Positions 14,644-26,924 of a DNA stretch of 64,000 bases are shown piece after piece. The notes beneath the pieces are model-generated. The model worked only from the letters and a program-made list of their open reading frames with translations. It ran no database searches and was not told the origin of the DNA. Both the position numbers and the translations under genes were made by a program. The DNA is from Gonapodya sp. JEL0774 (taxonomy: Eukaryota), in contig JADIIX010000002.1 of assembly GCA_027604505.1 (NCBI GenBank), positions 62,001-126,000 of the forward strand. Direction: 5' to 3'. Numbering within the stretch: position 1 is the first letter of the stretch; every line of letters begins with the position of its first letter.

Positions 14644-15700
14644 GTGAGCTGATCTGGCTCCCACTCTGCAAATGTGAAAATTGGTCCGAGAAAACTCATT
14701 TTGTATACTACGAGACTCAAGGAAATTACTGGTGAATTCCGTGTCCACCGGACAACGAGGCTGGCTGATTAATGTTGCGGGGTGTTCCCTTCTGTGAGCG
14801 ATGATGGATTGATCATGCATGGGCTTTACTGGTGAAAATTGTGTTCAAAAGCTGCTAATGTCACAGAAAGTCCAGATTGCACATTATATTATAAAATCTC
14901 GTCTGAGAGCCGTTGTGCCTTGAGTGACATGAGTGGGCGACGCAGATGACCACTCCAAATGCAACGTGCATCTGCGTCAGATAGGAGAAGAGGAAAAAGC
15001 CGGCAAATATGAAGATGCGATGTAATTTTAAAATTGTGCGTTGTGAAGGACGAGAATCGGATGACACACTCCGCTCACGATCATTCGTCGATCATACACT
15101 GACTTCTTGTTCATCCCTTCACTCACCGTGAACCCGCATTCCATCCAAAGCCGCCGCGGCCTTGGCAAATCAATAAATCGACATCCAACAATGTTTCAAT
15201 CTCTGTCAATCTTCTATCAAAACGCAGTCTCGTACGCCGAGTCGACATTCGGCGATTCGTTCACATTCGCATTGTTTTCGGCGTGAGTATTCACCGAAAT
15301 GCATAAATGTGTCGACTCAGGACCTGTGATACTTGATCTCTGGTTTCTGGCCGTATCGGCTCCTGTCGGATGTAGCGATCGAAGGAGATCGCTCACCCCT
15401 TGCACGTCACAACTCTCTCGTGCTGTCAATTTTGAGAACAGAGGATCTTGCGTATACCAGAGCTTGTCCATTTCTTCAGGGTGGCTTCGGGAAAGAGTCT
15501 TTTGGGTGGAGAGCGTTTGATAGGCGTGTTTGTGAGTAGATGTGTCTGGACGGAACAGAAATGTCCCGAGAGAGAAAAACCGGTTCTGCCACCTCTTGCA
15601 AAAAGCAACAGAAAGGAGTTCAGAGCCTGTGGTAGTCACATCCTGCAAAGTGTGACTGGCGAACTCACCACGCAAACACGATCCCAACCCCACCCTCCAG

Positions 15701-17794
15701 CGCTGCCGTCTTCCTTGGTAACTACCCTCTCGCCTATCTCTTCAATCTCGCAGACAAAGATACGTCTGGATGGTGGTGGAGGAGGAGGATATGGAGGGAC
15801 AAATACGCCGCGTGTACGTCGCACAGTTTGTAGGGTCAGATGCCGAAGGTTTGGGTGGCGGGAGGAGATGCTTGAGCTTGGGTGTGTGTGCGTGTGAGCA
15901 AGAAAATAGCGGCTGCGGGACACAACAGCCAGGGCAATGAGCAACAACACAGTCGATTCAAGTAACGGGCCCCACGAAGTCGAAAGCAGATTCGGGTGGC
16001 TGGACCTCACCTCTACCCGCCGTGGCTTACTTTCTCTTCTTGTTCACATATCACTTATCGCTCCCTCTCATCCTGTCAATCCAACTCCAAACCACCTTAT
16101 TCCTTGCTGCAAGCCTGGCTCACCTCCAAAACCCTCCCCTCCAGCCTCGCCACCTTCCTTCACGATGCCACGCTGGCCGTTTTCTTATCGTTCCACCTGC
16201 CATACTATGTTTTTAAATTTACAGTGAGTAATGCATCCTCAATTTGTCTCGTCAGTGTACAATTCTGACCCCACACCGTGCAAAGTACAACATGCCAATC
16301 CTCTCTCCGCCACCGAGCACGTTCATGTTCGTGGCGAGGTTTTTGATGTACTATGCGTGCGTGGATTTCGTGTTCTACTGGATGCATAGAGCGTTCCATG
16401 AAGTGGAGTGGTTGTGGAAGTGAGTTGCAACTCCGTATCGCCATCGTGTCGTATGTTTGTGTTTGATGGTGAAATGTGTGATTGGCCATGCCCTTCCACC
16501 ACCACAACTGCTCCATCGATCTTGTTATGATCCGTCTTTCGACGTTGGGATTCAAACTTCTCCTTCCGCTCCCCGCCCACCGCGACTCGCAAACGATGTC
16601 GAATGTTGAATCAGAAACGTGCACCGGTACCATCACGGTAAGTGACTCCCATCATCCCACCGACGCTGGGGTATCACACAATCCATAACCCCCTTTCCCG
16701 TCCACCACGAAGAGTATACCATCACGAACTACCGCACTCACTTCCACTTTTCGAAGGCCGAGACGTATACGCAGAGATTTGTCAAGGACTGGTAAGTGGG
16801 ACGCGTGCTCTGTAACTACCCGCGTCTGCAGTTTAGGGCCTTATGGTGGCGTTATTATTGAGCGGAGTAGACTTTTGTGCTGTGTTGTTCTGAGACCGGC
16901 TACATTGGGGGAGTGGAGGGCGTATGGAGCGTTGTTATGGCAATGACTTTCCAAACAATTATGGGGCGATAACCTCATAGGGCCGACCGCGATTTCATGT
17001 TGACTTCCCCAGGCCTCTCGCTATTCTCTTCCGTCTTCACTTTTCGGAATGGTTGTTTTACATGTATGTACGAAAGTCCTCTTGCTTCCTACAACTACCA
17101 TTCTCGTCCGGGCCAACGTCCCGTGGTTCCCTCCTTCAATTCAGGTTCTTTTCTCAGGTCCTGGATATATTTATCCACTGCGGGTACGTCCTCCCCGTGT
17201 GGCCGCTGGTTGGACTGTCCGAGATGGAATGGCATGTGAGTTGCAGGTCTTTGAAAATTGACGTCTTCGTCGTGGTTACGGTGGGAGCCCGTTGATGTAG
17301 AATAGGAAAATGTTTTCTTCATGTTCCGAGCCTCGTATTGCATGCATTGTTATTGATGCTGTTGTTGGCTTCCATTTCGGTGTAAGTTTTCAAGACTAAT
17401 CTGATTCGATCTCACAGCACTTCCACCACTCAAACTACACCAAAGGTGCCTATGCGTTATGGATTAGGGGATACGATGATCTGTTCGGTGCGTATTTTGT
17501 GCACTCCGCACCACTGCAGTGCTTCCTCACTCACGGCACTCATCTGTTCCGGGTGCACATCACTGCCACCCCCATGGCCGCACCATATCAGGCACGTCCT
17601 CTCAGTATGACACTTGGAAGAGAACGTACTATGCCAGCCACCCAAAGCCAGGATCCGAACCCATCGGTACGCCCACGTCTTTGTCTGATTCTTATTCCGT
17701 CGCACCTCCTGCCACGGAATCCATCGAGGACTACGAATCGGGGAGGAAGTCTGTGGGTGAGGAAATGGGGACGGGGGTGAAGAAGGAGGAGTAA
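15701..17794 (+). CDS. Fatty acid hydroxylase/sterol desaturase superfamily protein (ERG25/SUR2/ERG3-like); 5' end unresolved
   Basis: Manual splicing gives DFVFYWMHRAFHEVEWLWK|NVHRYHH|EY...LDIFIHCGY...WH|HFHH...YDDLFG|TSSQY. All three His boxes are present. Stop at 17792-17794. Confidence 0.88.
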
Positions 17795-18229
17795 CAATGG
17801 TGGCTGAGGCGCGTGTATGTTATGATAACGTGCGATCTGGGTGTTCACAGTAGATTGGTCATTATTACATAATAGTGGACGTGGGGAAGGTTTATTACTC
17901 AATTCTCGCGACTGTAGATACTTTTGGCAATTGCATAATAGATATGTGCATGCAGTGAGCTGGCCTATGAACAGGATCCACACGGTCGTCGTACTATGTG
18001 CGAATGGAACTGCGCGGACGCGGATCGGGAAGCTCATGGTACGGACGTAGTGGTGACAATAACAAGGTATTTTAGCGCACCACAAATATTATCTTTTGGC
18101 GTTTCGTGGCGGAATTTTTTGTTTTATTCAAGCACGCAGATTTCTTTGCAGGGCCGTTGAGATGTACACTGACTGGTCTTCGCATTTGGCTTCGCAATTC
18201 TTCACCCTCGACAACTCATATAGTCACTA

Positions 18230-19778
18230 ATGCTCTCAATGAAAAGCAAGCCAGCTTTTCCACCACTGAATTATGTCTTTCTCTTTGCGAAATCCCGCGA
18301 CGGAAAGGACGTGGAGGAACTGCAGGCAGATTGGTTCGAGAACGGAGCAGACAGCGGCTGCTCGAGCAGCGGGGGGAGGATTAACCAACAGGAACAAAAA
18401 GGATCGGTAGTTGTAAGGATGTGTCAGAAGGGGAGTGGACGGGAATCGGGCAAGGGTGGAGGAGAAACCACTCCACGTCTCCGTGTACCAGTCCACCGTA
18501 CGCCACCCGACGAGGACAAGGAGAACATACCCCGTGTGTATAGGCAACTTCCCTCTACTTTCGTAACCATTGAGGTACTATGATTCTATTTTCACTTTAG
18601 CTGCAGCATATTTCGACTTGAGTTACTCGAAATCTCGACATCGTTATCCAACACATGCCTTTCACAGGCCCATAAAACGGAGGAGATCCCCTTCAGCTCG
18701 AACCTACGTATTTCCCGATGATGTTGGAGCTGCTTTCAGAGCTGCTGCTGGAAAGCCCACCCCGCGCAGCCACCGTGCTTCTTCTAGTTCGTCAAACCCC
18801 ATTGGGAGGACGTTCACATTCCAGAATTCAGAGCATCAAACAATAATCAAAGCTGCCGTACTCAAAGAATCTCCTCTCAGTGCCTCAGTAAATCAAATGG
18901 CCTCTTCGGTGAACAGTGTTCGCACCACTCCCTTCATTGCTCGACGGAACATGAAGGGATCTGGGGGTCTCTATCACGAGACCCCAACTCTAACACCGAG
19001 TGGTCAAGATCACTTCGATCTTTGCGACGACCCACTCGAGTTCTCAGCAAGGATACGTGGCTCGACGGGTACCCGTATCGACAAGAGCATGGATCATGAT
19101 CATGGGGAACAAAGATCCGACTCTTCAACCTCTCGAACTCCACTTCAGATCAAAGACTGCGGGTCTCCGACTAAATCACCACGTCATTATTTTGATGCTT
19201 CCCTTCACAACTTCCGTGCTTCCGCTGTTGCGGAGCCACTCTCTTCCGAGAGGGTGGTTTCCACTCGCAGGTTCTTATCTGCACGAGAAAAGCACGTGCA
19301 CATCTCAACGCCGCTGTCAGACTCCGCATCAAAGCGTGTCCGTATTTCATCTGAAGTTGGCATCACGCCGCCACCACAACATCAACCAGACCAAACCGCA
19401 GTCCTCCACAAACATTCCATGCCACATCAGCACCAAGAACCTCGCAACTGGGTGACTCCTTCTTCTAGCATCCCCACAATGTCGTCCACTTCACGGCGAC
19501 TATCCAGCCCGTCGCCAGAACTCTTCTGTGCACCACCCGCGAAGTCTCGACAAGCGAGTCCACCTCCTCACTCTACCGAACTCTATGTTCCTGAAACTCC
19601 ATCGCCTCCTTTCGCGTCCCTCACAGCCGCTCCATCTCTTCAGGCGTTGACGTCCCCCAGTCGCGCTCGGCCCACCCGCACGTACGCGCGTGCAGCTGGG
19701 AGAGCAAAGCCTTGGGCGTACCGTAGTATAAGTGGAGTGTGGGACATGGAACACGGACCGAAAACTTGGTTAACCTAA
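18230..19778 (+). CDS. Hypothetical Ser/Pro-rich low-complexity protein (3' end may extend to 19900)
   Basis: A 117-aa ORF followed by a 402-aa ORF on the same strand. No domain recognised. Confidence 0.55.
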
Positions 19779-20093
19779 TGAAAGAGATGAGCAGGCTGAA
19801 AATCAAACTGTTCAACATGCATCCCGACGTCACCAAACCGAAGGGCAAGCAGTGGTTTCTCGAAGCGGCATTCGGAGGGGCCGATAAAGTGCAAGAATAG
19901 TCTGAGCGCGAAATTTCACGTTTTATCAGGCGTCAATTGACAAAATTACAAGATTTTACGTGAAAATAATTGCAACTTTGATTTTTACAAGGACGGGATT
20001 CCTACATATTGCAATCCTCTTGCCCCTCCACTACGATGATAAATACATGCACAAATCCACTATTTACAGTACGACACAAAATCCACCACCATC

Positions 20094-23000
20094 TCAATGT
20101 TCGGGCGGCATTGGAATAATTCCAATGGTGAGATCTGAGTAAAGAAAGGCAATAAAAGCGCCCGGTGTGGGTTCCCAGGTTGAGAATATTGCAACGTAAG
20201 TGCCAGGTTGCAGGGTGACTTGGCTCGTGAGGACCCCTTGAACCCAGTTGGTGTAGGGTCCAGTCGAAAGAGCTTCCTCACCATATCCCGAAGCCGTACG
20301 TGGAAACACGGACACATTAAGGGCTGGTTGAGGTTTGATGTCCGGGGTGATGAGACGGATTCTGCACCGTTTACAGATTCGTTTTGCTACCATAGTGAAC
20401 AACATTGTTAAGACAGACTCACTGCACTTTCGTGGTTTGTTTTATATTCAGCTGGTATCTCGGATTCCGGAAAAACTGCTTAAAGTGAGAGCATCCCACG
20501 GCCGTCAAATCCTTAACCCTATGTTGTTGAGTGTAAGTGAGAGATGAGGTGATTCGTTATGATTATTCATACTGGAAAGCATACCATTCCCCTCGAATTA
20601 CCATCTTGACCATGCCAGCTCCCTCTTCGGGAAGGAGTCGAAGTTGGAAGTTGTTGGTCGAAGAAACGGTCAGAAAATAGGCGCCAAGTTTGCCGGCGTC
20701 ATAAGCTGAGACCACAACAGTATAGTCCCCGGCTTTTCGGTGGCGCAGTATCATCAAAATCACGTTGCGAGATTGCAAGATCGCCCCAACATCCGTCCAA
20801 GCTCACGCTGTAGTCCTGTCACGTTGAAATAGCAAAATCCATGCCGGTAGTCCCCCGAAGAAGCTGCAGAGTCTGTCGAGGAAACGCTTTGAAAAAGAGA
20901 AAAGCGGACCCTATTTATCCACCACAGAAGGGCCAATCGAACGAGACGGCCGACATACTTGCTTACTCTCTGACCCGATCTCACGAGACGAATATTAACC
21001 GCAAAAGTCCGAGGCGCCTCCAACATAATGAAAAGGCCAATCTTCTTTCCCGAACCTTGATCAATTCGTAAGAAGTATTGTGGATTCATGTAGAACGTTG
21101 CGAACGCCATGCATCCGCCTGCTGTATCAGGAGTCCACAACCCATCAATTTTGGTTTCAATGGGAAATCGCTTCTGCACAGCTCCAATTTTGAAGGGCGA
21201 CATGCTGTAGGTCCTAAGAGAGAAATTCAGCGATTTGCTCTTCTCGTGCTGGGAAATTACTATGGTGTAGCGTGCTTTTCCAAGGGGGGCATTCAGGCGA
21301 ACGAGGATGTGGGGGCTAAGTGATCCCCTGTCTCATCAGATTGAACGAGACATGGTGCATGGGAACTGAAGACCATTACCTATTTATGTAAACGCCCTGA
21401 ATAAACGGGTTTTCCGGGTAGTATACCCGATCACAGTTGGTGTTCTCATACACGTGGAGAGCGATGTAGTCCTTGTTTTCTTCCTAGAATGGAACAGTGA
21501 GATGATTCCCGTACAAGTACACTGATATCATACAGTTGTCGAGATGAATACCTTGAGGGTGATATGCTTGGTCAGGAGAAGCCAAACTGCAGTCTTTTCG
21601 TTGGACACATTTGTTTCGAGTCCAAATTGTGGATTGTTCCCGAGATTGTAGTTATCTTTCCTGGGACCATCGTCCAGTGGCCAGGTGATGTGACGTACAT
21701 CTCGCACCCGAAACAACTCGGGATTCCTGCATCCAATTACGTTGTTTGAGCAAACCCAAACATTTTATACAACCCGCAAACGACATGCCCACCAGTTCAT
21801 GTGAATAGAATCAAAATACTTCAGCATTGACGAATATTTGATCCAAAAAATACCATCATCCCTTTGAAGAGCGGCGAGCTGGTCATAGTTGAGAGCCCTC
21901 CTCAGTTCAGGCGACCAAATTATGTCTTCCCCCCTCGGTGCAACCCATCGCTTGTGACTCCAAGGGTTCTTGACCTAAAGTTGGAAAGTATGAGAACTAG
22001 TAGAAGGTCCAAGGATAACCCTAAGTACCTGCATCAATCGTTCTCCTGAGATTTCACAAACATCTAAAACCGCATATGCATGAGTGGGGACCAAGCCGAG
22101 GGTTTCCGCCTCCTCTTCCTTGAGATCTCCCTTTGTAAGAGAATAGAATTTTCAGTCCGAGGGAGAGCGGTAAAGCAAGCGAGGCTTTCGTACTGTAGCA
22201 ATGGTCAACAGCACATCGCCAAACTTATGACCATCCACCATCCTCAGCCAGGTACTTTCGACATTAAAATTGGAGCTGCAAAAAGTATTACATAGATGGA
22301 ACAGAAAAAGCGATGACAGTCTTGAATCTCACTCTTTTATAAATAAATGTTCGGGGATCCAACCGGTGAGCGCTGGGAAGACCTCACTTAAGCAAATGAC
22401 GACACGGGACTGTAAGTTCGAACATTCTTACCGTGCAAATCAATGCCGGAGTTCCTGCGAGTGACGATGACTATTAAATTCGTCCGAGCGAACCGCAAGA
22501 CGACAGAACTTACGATCCAGGAAAATCGTAACCACCCATGAGCTTCATGTATGCCTTTTCCACAATGCTAGCCCAGATCTCATTTCGATTTCGCGAATAA
22601 GTACACATTAGGGATCCTGGAAAACATCAGTGTTCAGAGGAGTAGTAGGAAGACAACTATAAATGATTCAAGCCCACCAGTTTTGCTGACTGGTAAAAGA
22701 TCGTCTACAACTATTGGGGACACGCGAATCGCTTAATCCTGCCACCCGGCGCGAAACGTCCACTAAGCACTAAGGAGACGCACCGACACGTCTCTGGCAT
22801 CCATTGTAGTGAAGCTTGATAAGGTACTTTCCGCTCGGATTGTACATAGGCTCTTGTCGCGAATTCTGCGGCCATATTGTTGCTGTGATGAGCTGCTCAC
22901 GAGCAATAAATAATGCCAATGTACAAGAAGTTTCGTCAAGTTAAAATCCCTGATGTGACGGGAACCTACAGGTCTCTTCTTGCGTCGCTCGAACGATGAA

Positions 23001-24175
23001 GCGACACAAAGTGAAGCAACGAAAGAACAATCAGTCACTACATCCTGTCACAAATGCTTCTCAGGTGAGAGTGCGAAAATCTGCACTCGTGACGATGATT
23101 CACACCTGCACAAGGTTGTTTGCCGAAATGACCTGGATCATCTGAGGGTTGGTCATTATCTCCGAAGGTCTCTTCCATCCACCGAGTTTACTCTTCTGCT
23201 TTTCGGACAGTCGAAGGTATCCATCGGGGTCCACGAAAGGTTCGTACGACGAGAACCGCTCATTCAGATCCTTATCATCATTCCAAGGCAAGAAGAGGTG
23301 ATCGTTGATGGTGGATGAACTCGCGAGGATTGTCTTTTCTTCGTCGGTAAGCATCATAGAGGCAGAAAGAGGTCTTTGAGTGGCAGAAAGCCCTTTAATA
23401 GGAGGGAAAGGGTTCGATGAATTTCAACATATTGAACCCGAAATAGATCGACGACGGACCATTTGCCTTTGGTGGAGACACCTTCTTGAGCTCTTCCGAC
23501 CGTGTCAGTGTCTTTTCTATCGTCTCTCGAAGTTTTTCTTTCAGGCTCGCGTTTGACTCGACTGTAGACGGTGGTTTCACTGTTGTGGTCCAATTTCTGC
23601 ACTTGGAACAAGGAACATTACCTCTCCATGCCTTTAAATATGTTTCGATCGCCATCTTGTACTGATCGATCGCATCTTTGACGTGATTATTCTCATCTTC
23701 CACCCGCGCTTGTTGCAAGAAAAACTGTGATGAGAAGCCCCAAAGCACAATTTTCAAGGAACGGATTCCGGCATATCGTGTCCAGCAACATCACAAACTC
23801 ACATCTCCTTGCTGTAAAAGAGAGTCCACCTCCGTGAGGAGGACCGGCTGATTCCAAACGGCTGACGGTTGAGGAAGACTTTGCTTCAACACTTCAGCTC
23901 TTTGCATATATTTTCGACACGCATCATCAACCGCTCTCCGCTTGGTCTCATCATTCTCGACTAGAATTGCATAACACCGATTAACCGAGAAATATGATTT
24001 GAACACTTCTTCTAGTAGAATCACCTTTGCGAACCCGAATGAATGCCTCGATCGCCTCCTTGTAAAACGTCAATGCAACCGCGGGATCCGCTCCAGAGCC
24101 ATCAACTGTCACAGCTTTGCTCGCCAGTGTTCGCGCATCCTCATAAAAGGCAGTCAGGTCTTCCACTGACGCCAT
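20094..24175 (-). CDS. palB: Calpain-like cysteine protease PalB/Rim13/calpain-7 with N-terminal MIT domains
   Basis: Catalytic motifs [10 protein letters not shown] (Cys), [12 protein letters not shown] (His) and KNPWSHKRW (Asn); [16 protein letters not shown]; calpain domain III motifs NNPQF/NPQY; MIT-like helices at the N-terminus. Confidence 0.93.
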
Positions 24176-24282
24176 TCGAGGAACTGTTGGTCGGCGATCA
24201 GTTCAAGGGTACCTCCCAATTTATGTTTGAAAACTAACACTAAAACGAACATTTTACAAGACACATTTCATATTTATTGGTA

Positions 24283-25008
24283 TTACGGCAGCAATTTTGC
24301 GTTCAAGTTCGTCTCTGTCAAATCATCTAGGCTCACTAAGTCAATGACTTTCCCGGCGATGCTCGATGCCGCCGAAAGAACCATTTTTGCACTGCTATAC
24401 ATCATTTTTTGGTCCGTTTTGGCAGCTGTGTGTATCCGAGATCGTGGGATAACAATCACACGCCGGTGATTAGTACGAAACGTCACAGTACTCACTGTCA
24501 GGATTGTAGTAAATGAACACCAATGGATAAGAGACACGCCCTTCCTTATGAGTTAGCTTGTAGCTCAGGATAATGTACCGCGGAGTGTTTTCGGGCAGTT
24601 CGTCTGCGAGGTCCTCAAGGGATGTCTCTTCGAGGTGTCTGGACACACAGCATTTGGCCATTGACCAAAATCGTGTACTGCGATTATGAAAACTCACTTA
24701 TCCTCGACAATGCAAAGCTACATACGTGCAATGGAGTTCCGAGTCATTACAAGCACGACCAAACTTCTGTGCGCCAAGAGAGCAGAAGAAGTACCAACCT
24801 TCTGCATATCAATTTTTAAAATGAGAGCTCGTGTCTCTTTGCTTTTGTTAAACCGAAATTGCTCCAACTTAGTCACGACGGCGGGGTCGATGTCGCAGGT
24901 CCGGGTGCCTGACGCAGACTTCAATTGTGTGAAGGAAAGAGCAGGATGGATGATGGAGAAGTGATCCGTCGCTTGATGGCCGCAGTCCTCGCAATAGAAA
25001 CCAACCAT
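24283..25008 (-). CDS. GMF: Glia maturation factor (ADF/cofilin superfamily, Aim7-like)
   Basis: LEQFRF, ALILKID, LADELPENTPRYIILSY, GRVSYPLVFIYYNP and KMMYSSAK. The first coding exon appears to be the ATG alone. Confidence 0.9.
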
Positions 25009-25118
25009 TTGAATTGCGCTAGGTATGTGCGGATAACTGATGTTGTGCGGTTGACACCGACATGCCCAGAAGAGCTTTAGGTCCACAGTAATTTCCGCAT
25101 TCCTGTCGATTCATTGCC

Positions 25119-26680
25119 ATGACCATTGACAAACCCCAAATCATAGTTCATTTGTCTAATTCACTCAATTTCACCGCTTATGACGTGCGCTGGGTGCCTT
25201 CTTCGGCCAAGTTCGTCGTTCTCGGTCAAAATGCGCGAGGGACCGGTGCTCTTCAGTTGTGCGAGCTAGAGGCCGGCGCGATCAAAATTCTGCATGAAGT
25301 GAGTTGGAAGAGCCTGGCTGAGGCTGGTTTGAGTCGAAAGAATGTTTGTGAATCATGTTTCCCAATCCTTCTATTCTTCCGACGCCGTGACGCTTTTCTA
25401 GTCAGAGAAGCAGCACGCATTCAAGTGCGGTTCTTTTGGTGCCTCTAGTCTTACTGCGCGACACCTAGCAACAGGCGATTTCAGCGGACGACTTGCTCTG
25501 TGGTGATTTTCACAGCTCTTCGATTTGGTGGTAGCAACTGTTTCACAACTGAAGTCTCAAAGGGACCTCGAACGACCCGACCTTCCTGTTTACGCGGTGA
25601 AGGCACATGACTCTATCGTCAATTGCCTCGACGGTTGCGGTGGCGCCGGTGTCAACTGCGGTCCACCCGAGATTGCCACAGGGTCACGGGATGGTTCGGT
25701 CAAGATATGGGATACGCGACAGCGGGATAAACCAGTGGCGAGGATTGCGCCAGAAAAAACCGAGGCTGCTCGGGATACGTGGTGTGTGGCATTTGGCAAC
25801 TCCTACAGCGATGACGAACGGGTGGTTGCAGCGGGGTACGACAACGGAGATGTGAAAATGTTTGATTTGAAAACTATGAGCTTGCTATGGGAAACGAATC
25901 TCAAAAATGGGGTGAGTTAGTTATCCGGAACTCAGTTGTTTTGGGAAAAGGCACCAGACCTCATCTGCCCAGGTATGCTCACTCGAATTCGACCGCAAAG
26001 ACATCCGCATGAACAAACTTACGGCCACGACGCTAGACGCTCAGGTGCACGTGTTTGACGTGAGAACCCTCAATCCGGACAAGAGTTTCGCGTCTGTGGT
26101 CAAAAAGGTTCGACTCGAAAATTTGAATGAAGCGCGGTAGGGTGTTCCGACGCTGCCATCGAACGAGTTAAGCTCAAGTCGATACTCTTTACCCATTTTG
26201 GCTGGTTACCCTCTTCGAACGCGCCATCACGACGGAACTGCGTTGTGCGAAATGGCCATCGCAACACTCGGCCAAAAAGGAAAACAATGAGAACTCAACT
26301 GTGTGGGCAGTTCGTCACTGCCCACAAAATCGCGACTTGTTTGTCACATCAGGGGGCACAGGGAACCTGAATCTGTACCGTTAGTGCGTTTTTCTATTCC
26401 ACTCCGATAAGTTTTTGAGAATGCGCATGAAGAGGCTTGGGTCGACAATGACACTGTTTCCCACTACAGCGTCTACCCCGAAAAGCGTGCGATCCAAGAC
26501 AAAAAAACTGGCGTGGAGACGGGCGTTGCGGGGACCGTCGAACTGCTGCAAACTGTAAAGGCTGCAGAGCAACCCGTGGCAAGCTTTGATTGGCACCCAG
26601 ATCGCCAGGGGTTATCAGTTTTTGCTGCTTTTGATCAAACAGTGAAAGTAGGCATTTTCACAAGGCTGTCGCAATATTAA
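25119..26680 (+). CDS. WDR92: WD40 protein WDR92/DNAAF10 (axonemal dynein assembly, R2TP-associated)
   Basis: KPQIIVH...[16 protein letters not shown]...[50 protein letters not shown] and [16 protein letters not shown]. Confidence 0.92.
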
Positions 26681-26924
26681 TTGGGTTGAGAGGCTCGGGA
26701 CTGGAAACTTCATGGTTGTGGAAGTGGTCGCGTTGAAAAGATAGCAAAAACGCCATTAAGTGCAGATGTAGGGTCTCCTGGTCTATGCCACGAATACGGG
26801 TACAATTGTACGAAGATTAAATCTAGCCCGCGCCAGTTGTGGTGGAAAACGGACGGCAGGCGGCGCGGAATTTGGAAGAGGGGGTGCGGAGTTTGTAGAG
26901 TGGAGCGGAAACGAGCAGATACGT

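Noticed and set aside
14005..14820. 271-aa minus-strand ORF
   Set aside because: Comprises VPS53 exon 1 plus upstream and intron sequence.
1580..17794. Metabolic gene cluster (deacetylase, pirin, carrier, lipid transfer protein, desaturase)
   Set aside because: No backbone biosynthetic enzyme or shared pathway, and it is interrupted by the housekeeping gene VPS53.
19904..19914. GCGCGAAA (E2F/SCB-like site)
   Set aside because: Lies between convergent 3' ends rather than in a promoter; an 8-mer is expected by chance.
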